From positions 1 through 43,415 of IMG/VR virus record IMGVR_UViG_3300038336_000120: a DNA stretch of 43,415 bases; one strand, written 5' to 3'. Positions within the stretch are counted from its first letter, which is position 1. Each line of letters begins with the position of its first letter. Made by a program: the position numbers and the translations under genes. The stretch is from a virus (taxonomy: Duplodnaviria > Caudoviricetes). Shown here in pieces: positions 36,458 through 43,415 of this stretch. The notes beneath the pieces were generated by a model. The model had not been told where the DNA came from. It ran no database searches and was given only the letters and a program-made list of their open reading frames with translations.

Positions 36458-36826
36458 GTGATACATCCAGTTGACGCGTATGTTGGAAATCGGCTTCGTG
36501 TCGCGCGCACCTTGGCATCGAAAAGCCAGACCGAACTGGCCGAACACATCGGGGTGACATTCCAGCAGGTCCAGAAGTATGAGACCGGCGCAAACAGGGT
36601 CTCGGCCTCAAGGCTCTGGACAATTTCGAGATTCTTGAACGTCCCAATCGCGGCATTTTTCCCTGGAAATCCGGGGAGCCAGGAACACGAACTGAACAGA
36701 TACAGCCTTCACGACCTAAGAATTCTATCTCAAATCAAAGGATTGGGAGAACCAGAAAAGGCCGCAATGCAAAACCTCTTGGGGGTTCTCGCCAACGCCG
36801 CTGACACCTCTAAATCGCTGATTTAA
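36458..36826 (+). CDS. XRE-family HTH regulator (host-type, moron)
   Basis: HPVDAYVGNRLRVAR...GVTFQQVQKYETGANRVSASRL; GTG start after AGGGA. Confidence 0.85.
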   Translation: MIHPVDAYVGNRLRVARTLASKSQTELAEHIGVTFQQVQKYETGANRVSASRLWTISRFLNVPIAAFFPGNPGSQEHELNRYSLHDLRILSQIKGLGEPEKAAMQNLLGVLANAADTSKSLI

Positions 36827-36995
36827 CAAGCTCAAGTGGCCGGTACTTGGCCCTGTTCAACACTTCGACCGCTTCAGTTTCGCATTGCGCGTCGTAACCA
36901 CCTCTTACAAGAATGATGACCGCAGCGTCCGCAGCGCCTGCCTTGGTGCTCTGAGCGACGAACACCCGTGTCTCGCCCTTAAGGCTATTCCCCCC

Positions 36996-37382
36996 ATGCC
37001 CCGCCACCCCGACTGGCCCCACCGCCTTGCCGCAGCGATCGGAGCCGCCTGGAGCCGCCACGACTGTCCAACCTTCGCCTTTGATGCCCGCCGTGCGCTG
37101 ACCGGCGAGGATGCCGCCGCGCTCTGGCGCGGCCAGTATAACTCCTACCGCGGCGGCTTGCGCCTGATGCGCCGCCTTGGCTGGCCAACGCTCGCAGCAA
37201 TGGGCGATGCGCTCTTGGGGGAACCGCTCGCCGCGCCGCTCCTCGCGCAGCGCGGCGATATCGTACTGTCCTCTGACGGCCACGGTTTCGGCGTCTGTCT
37301 CGGCGCAACGGCAGTCGGCATGGCTCCCAAAGGGTTGATTGCCTTGCCCATTACCACCTGCACCCGGGCCTGGAGAGTCTGA
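36996..37382 (+). CDS. DUF6950 / NlpC-P60-like tail protein
   Basis: PDWPHRLAAAI, HDCPTFA, AQRGDIV, FGVCLG, AWRV; directly before tail tip. Confidence 0.7.
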   Translation: MPRHPDWPHRLAAAIGAAWSRHDCPTFAFDARRALTGEDAAALWRGQYNSYRGGLRLMRRLGWPTLAAMGDALLGEPLAAPLLAQRGDIVLSSDGHGFGVCLGATAVGMAPKGLIALPITTCTRAWRV

Positions 37383-37385
37383 GCT

Positions 37386-39962
37386 ATGCCGTTTCTTGCG
37401 CCGATCATCACCGCCGTGGCGGGCTGGGTTGGCACGACCTTGGCGGCGGGCGGCATTGGCGCGATGCTGCTGCGGCTCGGCGGCTCGCTGCTCTTGAGTT
37501 ACGCCTCGCAAGCGCTGATGCCAAAGCCCAAGACGCCCGCGCGCACGGTGACGGTGCGCGCCCCGGTTATGCCGCGCGATCTGGTTTACGGGCGCGCCCG
37601 CAAGGGCGGGGTGATCGTGTTCCTGCATGCCTCAGGGGCGAAGAGCCAGTTCCTGCATCTGGTGGTGGTGCTCGCGGCGCATCGGGTGAAGGCGATTGGC
37701 GCTGTCTGGTTCGAGGGCGAGATGGCGGTGAATGCTGCAGGCGTCGCGCAGGGGCGCTGGGCCGGGAAGGTCACGCTCGAGAAGCGGCTCGGGGATGAGG
37801 AGCAGACCGCCTTCACTTCGCTGATGGCGAACTTGCCGGAGATGTGGACCGCCGATCATCGCCTCGCGGGTTGCGCCGCGATCTATCTGCGGCTTGCCTA
37901 CGATCAGGACGCCTTTCCGGGCGGCATCCCCAACATCGCGGTCGACATCGAAGGCAAGGATGACATCTATGACCCGCGCACCAACACGCGCGGCTACAGC
38001 GAGAACGCAGCACTTTGCCTCGCGGACTACATGGCGCATCCGCGCTTTGGCATCGGTGCTGCAATCGGCGCGGGCGATGGCATCGAGGCCGAGGCACTGA
38101 TCGAGGCCGCCAACATCTGCGACGAGGCCGTTCCGCTGGCTGCCGGAGGCTTTGAGCCGCGCTATGCCTGCAACGGCGTCGTGTCGCTCTCCCAGGACCC
38201 GAAGACGGTGATCGAGGCGATGCTGAGCGCGATGGCGGGGCGCGTCGCACATGCGGGTGGTGCCTGGCGGTTGATGGCTGGCGCCTATCGGTTGCCCGAG
38301 ATCACACTCACCGCCGATGACGTGCGCGAAGGCGGCATGGTGCTCGCCACGCGTGTGAGCCGCGCCGAGAGTTTCAACGCCGTGCGCGGCCAATTCGTGA
38401 GCCCCGAGAACGACTGGCAGGCGGATGACTTCCCGGCGGTGACCAGCGAGGTCTACCGCGCCGAGGATGGCGGCGACGAGGTCTGGCGCGATCTCTCGCT
38501 CCCCTTCACGATCTCGTCTTCGGCGGCGCAGCGCCTCGCCAAGATCGAGCTTGAACGCGCACGCCGCCAGATGAGCCTGCGCATTGCGGGCAAGCTTTCC
38601 GCTTGGGCGGCGGCGGTGGGCGAGACCGTGATGCTGGATTATGCCCGCTGGGGCTTTGCCGCAAAACCGTTCGAGGTGCAAAGCGTCAACCTCGATCTCA
38701 CCGCCTCGGGCGACGGTGCCGCCCTGCTGCCCGAGCTGATGCTGCGCGAGACATCACCGCTGGTCTATGACTGGGACGCCTCCGAAGAGGCTATCTATGC
38801 CGCGGCACCGCGCACATCGCTGCCCTCGGCTTTTGATGTGCCTGCACCCGGCGTGCCGCAGGTACAGGAGGAACTCTACGTCACCCGCGACGGCGCAGGG
38901 GTAAAGGCGCTCGCGCGTCTGAGCTGGACCGCCGCTCCCTCGGGCTTTGTCAGCCAATACCAGATCGAGGCGCGCCTTGCGGGGGCCGAGGACTGGACCG
39001 ATCAGGGGCGCACCGATGCCACATCGTTCGAGATCCGTGATATCGCCCCGGGCGCATGGGAGTTTCGGGTTAAGGCGCTGTCGGTGCTGGGGGTCTCGTC
39101 CGAGTGGCGCGCGACCTCGGCCGAGATCCTCGGGCTTTCGGCACCGCCCGCCACACTCACCGGTCTCACGCTGCAGACAGCAGGCGGCCTTGCCATTCTC
39201 AAATGGCAGCGCAGCCCGGACGCCGATGTACGGCTCGGCGGTAATATCGTGATCCGGCATTCGGGAGAGGCAGCCCCAAGCTGGGCGGCGAGCTATTCGA
39301 TGGACCGGGTTTCCGGCAACGAGGCGATCGCGGTGCTGCCGCTGAAGCCCGGCGCTTACCTTTTGCGCGCCGAGGACAGCGGCGGGCGGATGGGGCCCAT
39401 GGTCTCGGTCACCACTGCCGGAGCGCAAGCACTTGCCTTCGCCCCGCTGACCCACCTCGAGGCAGCCCCGCAGTTCAGCGGCACCCATGCGGGCACTGCC
39501 ACGCGCGATGGCGCGCTCACTCTCGGGGCGGCGAGACTGTTCGATGACTGGCCGGATGTGGATGCGGTGGCGAGTTTCGACTGGGAAGGCGGCGTGGTGC
39601 CCGAGGGCATCTACAGCTTCGCGGCGGGCATCGACTTTGGCACCGTCACCCGGGCGCGGCTCAGGAGCGTCATCGCGGTTGCGGGCTTTGCCGTTTTCGA
39701 TCGGATTGATGCCCGCGCAGCCCTGCTCGATGCCTGGGAGGATTTCGACGGGGCGGAGGGCGCCGAGGTCGATGTGGTGATGGAATTCCGCGAGACCGAC
39801 GATGACCCGGGCGGCACCCCCACCTGGAGCGGATGGAGCCGGATCGACGGCCACGAGATCGAAGCGCGGGCGGTGCAAGCGCGCGCCATCTTGCGCACAG
39901 CTGACGCCGCCTTCGCACCGCGCGTCAGCGCACTTGGACTTCACGCAGACGGGGTTTCCTGA
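37386..39962 (+). CDS. Tail tip / host-specificity protein (gpJ-like, FN3 repeats)
   Basis: PRDLVYGRARKGG, YSENAALCLADY, RYACNGV, AQRLAKIELERAR, FN3-like LSWTA...WEFRVKA. Confidence 0.88.
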   Translation: MPFLAPIITAVAGWVGTTLAAGGIGAMLLRLGGSLLLSYASQALMPKPKTPARTVTVRAPVMPRDLVYGRARKGGVIVFLHASGAKSQFLHLVVVLAAHRVKAIGAVWFEGEMAVNAAGVAQGRWAGKVTLEKRLGDEEQTAFTSLMANLPEMWTADHRLAGCAAIYLRLAYDQDAFPGGIPNIAVDIEGKDDIYDPRTNTRGYSENAALCLADYMAHPRFGIGAAIGAGDGIEAEALIEAANICDEAVPLAAGGFEPRYACNGVVSLSQDPKTVIEAMLSAMAGRVAHAGGAWRLMAGAYRLPEITLTADDVREGGMVLATRVSRAESFNAVRGQFVSPENDWQADDFPAVTSEVYRAEDGGDEVWRDLSLPFTISSSAAQRLAKIELERARRQMSLRIAGKLSAWAAAVGETVMLDYARWGFAAKPFEVQSVNLDLTASGDGAALLPELMLRETSPLVYDWDASEEAIYAAAPRTSLPSAFDVPAPGVPQVQEELYVTRDGAGVKALARLSWTAAPSGFVSQYQIEARLAGAEDWTDQGRTDATSFEIRDIAPGAWEFRVKALSVLGVSSEWRATSAEILGLSAPPATLTGLTLQTAGGLAILKWQRSPDADVRLGGNIVIRHSGEAAPSWAASYSMDRVSGNEAIAVLPLKPGAYLLRAEDSGGRMGPMVSVTTAGAQALAFAPLTHLEAAPQFSGTHAGTATRDGALTLGAARLFDDWPDVDAVASFDWEGGVVPEGIYSFAAGIDFGTVTRARLRSVIAVAGFAVFDRIDARAALLDAWEDFDGAEGAEVDVVMEFRETDDDPGGTPTWSGWSRIDGHEIEARAVQARAILRTADAAFAPRVSALGLHADGVS

Positions 39963-40681
39963 TGGCACAGACGAGCAGTTTCGCAATCGCCAATGACAGC
40001 GGCGTCGCCGTGCGCGCGCGGATCAACGAGGTACTGGCAGCCCTCGCTTCGAGCAACGCGGGGCCCGTGGCCCCCGCCGTCACCGTGCCGGGCATGCTCT
40101 GGTTTGACACAGGTTCCGTGCCACCCACGCTCCGCCGTCGCAACGCCGCCAATGACGCCTGGGAGGCCGAGCGCGACCCGGTGCGCACCTATATCGACAG
40201 CGCTCGCGTGACCCTGCGCAGCGCCGATGGTGCCGAGACCGTGGCGGATTTCCTGGCCGGGAGCGGCTGCTATCTGCGCCATGCCAACGTCAACCGGATC
40301 TGGACCACCGCCACAGGCGCCGCGATCTATGGCGCGCTCGCGGTCGACACCATCAACGGCGCGGCACTCGCAGGCGGGTTTACCGCGACCGCCGCCAATG
40401 ACGGTAACACCGGCACCTCCTACCGCCCGGATCCCGGCACCGGCAACCTGCGCAAGGTGGCGAACTCCGCCGCCTTCACGCTCGAAGTGCCTACCGTGGC
40501 CGGGGATTACACGATGCTGGTCTTGGTCACCAACAGCGCCACCGCCGGGGCCGTGACAATCTCGGCGAGTTACACCAAGGCCTTCGGCGATCCCTTCACG
40601 ACCACCAATGGGCACATGTTCCTATTAACGGTGGTGAAGATCGGCACCGTGCGTACCGTCACCGTGCAGGCGCTGCAATGA
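39962..40681 (+). CDS. Tail fibre / receptor-binding protein
   Basis: IANDSGVAVRARINEVLAAL...PGMLWFDT N-terminal fibre anchor; beta-rich C-terminus. Confidence 0.7.
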   Translation: MAQTSSFAIANDSGVAVRARINEVLAALASSNAGPVAPAVTVPGMLWFDTGSVPPTLRRRNAANDAWEAERDPVRTYIDSARVTLRSADGAETVADFLAGSGCYLRHANVNRIWTTATGAAIYGALAVDTINGAALAGGFTATAANDGNTGTSYRPDPGTGNLRKVANSAAFTLEVPTVAGDYTMLVLVTNSATAGAVTISASYTKAFGDPFTTTNGHMFLLTVVKIGTVRTVTVQALQ

Positions 40682-41361
40682 TCAGCCAGTTCATGCCAGC
40701 CCCAGCGCCCTATGACATCCTGCGCACCGTCTCGCTCTTAGCCGCCGTCACCTCAACCGTGGCCAGCATCACCATGCCTGCGGGCGTGCGCGCGGGCGAT
40801 CTGGCACTGCTGTTCGATGCCCCGGCGGGTGGCAACTCGCCGCGCGTGGTGCCGCCCGGTTTTACCTCGCTTTATGCGATAGCCACTACCGGCGGCTGGG
40901 GCCGCCATCACGGTGTGGCGCAGCGCCTCATTGCGAGCGCCTCGGAAGGCGGCACCACGCTGACGGGCAGCGCCGGCACGGTCGATGTCGGCACCGGCAT
41001 CGTCAACAGTCGCAAGATCCTCTTGGTGTTTCGCGGTAATGTGCCGTTCAAGACCGCAACCTATGTGCCGGGGGTCAGCGGCGGCACCAACGGCAACCCC
41101 GGCACTATCACGCTTCTCTCAGGCGCGGGCGCGCCGCCGCTGATCCTCTGGGGCTGCCTCTCGACCACCACACATGCAACCACACCGTTCGAGGCTCCCT
41201 GGACCACCCCTGCCTTCGGTGCCGAGGTGTTCGTCGAGGCGCTGCGCGTCGGCTTCACCATCGTCAACCGCGGCAACACACCCGCAAACCAGGCGCTCGA
41301 CATGGCGGATCTTGGGTCCTCGAACATGCTCACCGCCGCCTACATTACCCTGGAGGGATGA
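40678..41361 (+). CDS. Tail fibre-associated beta-rich protein
   Basis: ITMPAGVRAGDLALL; Gly/Thr-rich; ATGA-coupled. Confidence 0.6.
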   Translation: MISQFMPAPAPYDILRTVSLLAAVTSTVASITMPAGVRAGDLALLFDAPAGGNSPRVVPPGFTSLYAIATTGGWGRHHGVAQRLIASASEGGTTLTGSAGTVDVGTGIVNSRKILLVFRGNVPFKTATYVPGVSGGTNGNPGTITLLSGAGAPPLILWGCLSTTTHATTPFEAPWTTPAFGAEVFVEALRVGFTIVNRGNTPANQALDMADLGSSNMLTAAYITLEG

Positions 41362-41362
41362 G

Positions 41363-41830
41363 ATGCTGGAACTGAGAGACAACGGCACCCTGATCGTTCT
41401 CGTCGCCGAGGGCGGCTGGGTTGCATTGCCGAACGGCGACCGCGTCTCGCCCGCGCTTGCGGGCTGGTCGAATGCGGATGGGTTCACGTTAAGCGAGGTG
41501 GCAGAGGCCGAACCAACCGCCCCCACGCCCGAGGCGCTGCGCGCCGCACTCCCCGCGCTCAGCCGCCGTCAGGTGTTCATCGGCCTCGTGGCCTCGGGGC
41601 TCGCGACCGCGCCGGAGGTCCTAGCTATTTCTGCGACAGGGACCGTTCCCGCCGCCATCGAGGCCGCCTTCGCTGCGATGCCAGAGCCGCAGCAGAGCTA
41701 CGCGCGCATCACCTTCGCCGAGTTTACGCTCGCCGAACGTCTTGATCCGACCACGCTTCTGCTGCAAGCGGCGGGTGGGCTGACCGACGCTGAACTCGAT
41801 GCATTCTTTGTGGAGTTCGCTCAGGTGTGA
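41363..41830 (+). CDS. Tail fibre assembly-like protein
   Basis: ATG 41363 after GGAGGG; LSRRQV...GLTDAELDAFF C-terminal motif typical of fibre chaperones. Confidence 0.6.
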   Translation: MLELRDNGTLIVLVAEGGWVALPNGDRVSPALAGWSNADGFTLSEVAEAEPTAPTPEALRAALPALSRRQVFIGLVASGLATAPEVLAISATGTVPAAIEAAFAAMPEPQQSYARITFAEFTLAERLDPTTLLLQAAGGLTDAELDAFFVEFAQV

Positions 41831-41942
41831 AGCGCGGCGCGGCGGTGTCGGGGTGCTGAAGACGCATGCCGCCCACGCGTCGCGCCCCGCCGCATCGCAC
41901 CCCGCCGCCAAACCCTTGCAACCCGACCCCCGGAGACCGCCG

Positions 41943-42206
41943 ATGCTACCCGACTGGGAGACCCTGCAAAAGACCTGGCCGCTGCTTGCCGCCCTTGCCG
42001 GACTCTGGGCCCGTCTCGAGGTTGCCCGGGCCTTGGGCCGCGCCGCTACGGTCCAGAACGCGGCCGAGCTTGCCCGCCTAGAGGCCCGCGTCGAGACAAT
42101 GGACAAGGCCGCGCAGAACCACGCCGTCCAGCTCGGTCGCATTGAAGAGGCGCTGAAGGGCGTCGGCCACACCCTCGAACGGATTGATCGCAAGATCGGG
42201 AACTGA
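41943..42206 (+). CDS. TM + coiled-coil protein (holin/XhlA-like candidate)
   Basis: GGAG RBS; WPLLAALAGLW hydrophobic stretch then coiled coil; upstream of endolysin. Confidence 0.5.
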   Translation: MLPDWETLQKTWPLLAALAGLWARLEVARALGRAATVQNAAELARLEARVETMDKAAQNHAVQLGRIEEALKGVGHTLERIDRKIGN

Positions 42207-42286
42207 AGCCAAGCAATGGCGTGGAGTCGCATTCGACCCACGTGACCGGCGCCGCGCAAATCCACGGCAATCTTGAACCACACCCC

Positions 42287-42314
42287 AACTCGTCGCGCTC
42301 GCGGCGGGTTTTTT
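42287..42314 (+). terminator. Rho-independent terminator immediately before the endolysin
   Basis: AACTCGTCGC-GCTC-GCGGCGGGTT followed by TTTT. Confidence 0.65.
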
Positions 42315-42332
42315 CCATTCATGGAGGACCCC

Positions 42333-43007
42333 ATGACCACCACGATGTATCCGCATTTTCGCGACGTGCCGACCAGCGCCTGGCTCTGGCCGAACTTCTC
42401 CCCCGCCGAGATCGCCAGTCGCGATAGCGGCGCGCTAAAACTCAACACGCAAGCCATGGACAAGCTGCAGGCCCTGCGCGACGCACTCGGCAAGCCGCTG
42501 ATCGTGCTTTCCGCCTACCGCAGTCCCGCGCACAACAAGGCCGTCGGTGGTGCCACTGCCTCGAAACACATGCTGGGCGAGGCCTTTGATATCTCGATGA
42601 CGAACCACGATCCCGTGGCCTTCGAGGCAGCGGCGCGCAAGGTGGGCTTTCTCGGCTTCGGTTTCTATCCGCGCTCGGGGTTCATCCACATTGACCTTGG
42701 CCCGGCACGGTTCTGGGGCGAGCGGTTTCCACCGCGTGCTACGCCGTTCGTGTCCGAAGTGTCGCCAGCGCGCGAGGTACTGGCCGAGAGCCGCACCCTA
42801 AAAGGCAGCGGGGTAGCCGGGGTGGCAACCATCGGCGCCGCCGGGGTCGAGACCGCGCAGCAGATCCTCGGCGAGACCCAGTCCGCGATCCTGCCGCTGG
42901 TGCCGTATCTCGATACCCTGCGCTGGGTGTTCATTGCCGTCGCGCTTGCGGGCATCGCCGTGGCGATCCATGCGCGGATCGATGATTGGAAACGGGGGCA
43001 GAGGTGA
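42333..43007 (+). CDS. Endolysin, peptidase M15 (D-Ala-D-Ala carboxypeptidase-like) with C-terminal TM segments
   Basis: SAYRSPAHN, SKHMLGEAFDI, FIHID Zn ligands; GGAGG RBS; hydrophobic C-terminus. Confidence 0.88.
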   Translation: MTTTMYPHFRDVPTSAWLWPNFSPAEIASRDSGALKLNTQAMDKLQALRDALGKPLIVLSAYRSPAHNKAVGGATASKHMLGEAFDISMTNHDPVAFEAAARKVGFLGFGFYPRSGFIHIDLGPARFWGERFPPRATPFVSEVSPAREVLAESRTLKGSGVAGVATIGAAGVETAQQILGETQSAILPLVPYLDTLRWVFIAVALAGIAVAIHARIDDWKRGQR

Positions 43008-43258
43008 TGGGCTGGATCGCCGCGATCCTCGCGAGCGGCCCGGCGCGCAAGGCGCTGGGCCTGATGCTCGCCACCCTCACCCTCGCCCTGTTCCTCCTCA
43101 ACCTCCGCCGCGCGGGGGAAAGCGCCGGGCGGTTGGCGGAACGTCTCGAAACCGTGGAGAAGACCAGTGAAGCCCAACGCCGGATGCTCGATGCCACAGC
43201 GCGTCGCCCTCGCACTCGCGATGAGCTTGCTCAGCGGTTGCGCGATGGGCGGTTCTGA
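43007..43258 (+). CDS. i-spanin (Rz-like)
   Basis: N-terminal TM (LGLMLATLTLALFLL), helical periplasmic part ending LRDGRF. Confidence 0.65.
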   Translation: MGWIAAILASGPARKALGLMLATLTLALFLLNLRRAGESAGRLAERLETVEKTSEAQRRMLDATARRPRTRDELAQRLRDGRF

Positions 43259-43415
43259 GGGTGGCGCCGGGTTCTGTCCGCCGGTGGTGGAGTACAGTCG
43301 GGCCGAGCAGGTACAGGCGGCGGGTGAGGTCGAGGCTTTGCCAGAGGCGGCGGTGGTGGTCAGGATGCTCGCCGATTACGCGGTGATGCGGGAGCAGGCA
43401 AGGGAGTGCAGGTGA
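43167..43415 (+). CDS. o-spanin lipoprotein (Rz1-like)
   Basis: Lipobox LLSGC, CPPVVEY...CR; overlaps the i-spanin in another frame. Confidence 0.7.
   Translation: MKPNAGCSMPQRVALALAMSLLSGCAMGGSEGGAGFCPPVVEYSRAEQVQAAGEVEALPEAAVVVRMLADYAVMREQARECR

Larger units (their letters stand above)
1037..43415. mobile_element. Lambdoid siphovirus-type prophage (integration, switch, replication, packaging, head, tail, lysis modules); boundaries approximate, 1-1036 may be included
   Basis: Ordered, translationally coupled modules: serine recombinase, XRE/peptidase, primase/helicase, terS/terL, gpW, portal, ClpP protease, decoration protein, capsid, tail tube, TMP, tail tip, endolysin, spanins. att sites not identified. 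Confidence 0.95.

Noticed and set aside
37386-41830. Diversity-generating retroelement or invertible tail-fibre switch
   Set aside because: No reverse transcriptase, template/variable repeat pair, invertase or inverted fibre copy seen.
19938-43415. Gene transfer agent cluster
   Set aside because: Lambda-type terminase, portal and capsid, a cos-like site, and linked integrase and replication genes indicate a true prophage.

Overview
The window is a near-complete, GC-rich lambdoid (siphovirus-type) prophage of an alphaproteobacterium, most likely Rhodobacterales. From left to right it holds a low-GC TM-GAF accessory pair, a leftward serine-recombinase module, and an XRE + ImmA/IrrE(CapP-like) metallopeptidase switch facing two unknown genes. 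Next come the recombination/replication operon (Sak4-like ATPase, DUF669 SSB, Cas4-like nuclease, SF2 helicase, primase-helicase, RuvC-like), a putative late regulator, a lambda-like cos region and a ParB-MTase. The rest is terminase, head, tail, tail-fibre and lysis genes, interrupted by morons (ParDE, pRiA4b ORF3-like, L,D-transpeptidase, HEPN + XRE). The most striking observation is a two-gene moron (29496->28362). An exported Cys/Pro leader peptide ending in DPPRSC has its last codons base-paired, through a long hairpin, with the Shine-Dalgarno of a Tat-lipoprotein L,D-transpeptidase. This is a CutF/CruR-like translational-sensor layout, here carried by a phage. Also notable are a GANTC-rich repeat array in the cos region, a CapH/CapP-like switch with a candidate two-gene activator and phased operator repeats, a HEPN gene bracketed by short direct repeats, and a -1 frameshift that yields a Zn-finger tail chaperone. 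All calls come from reading motifs and gene context by eye; no database searches were run, and att sites could not be located.
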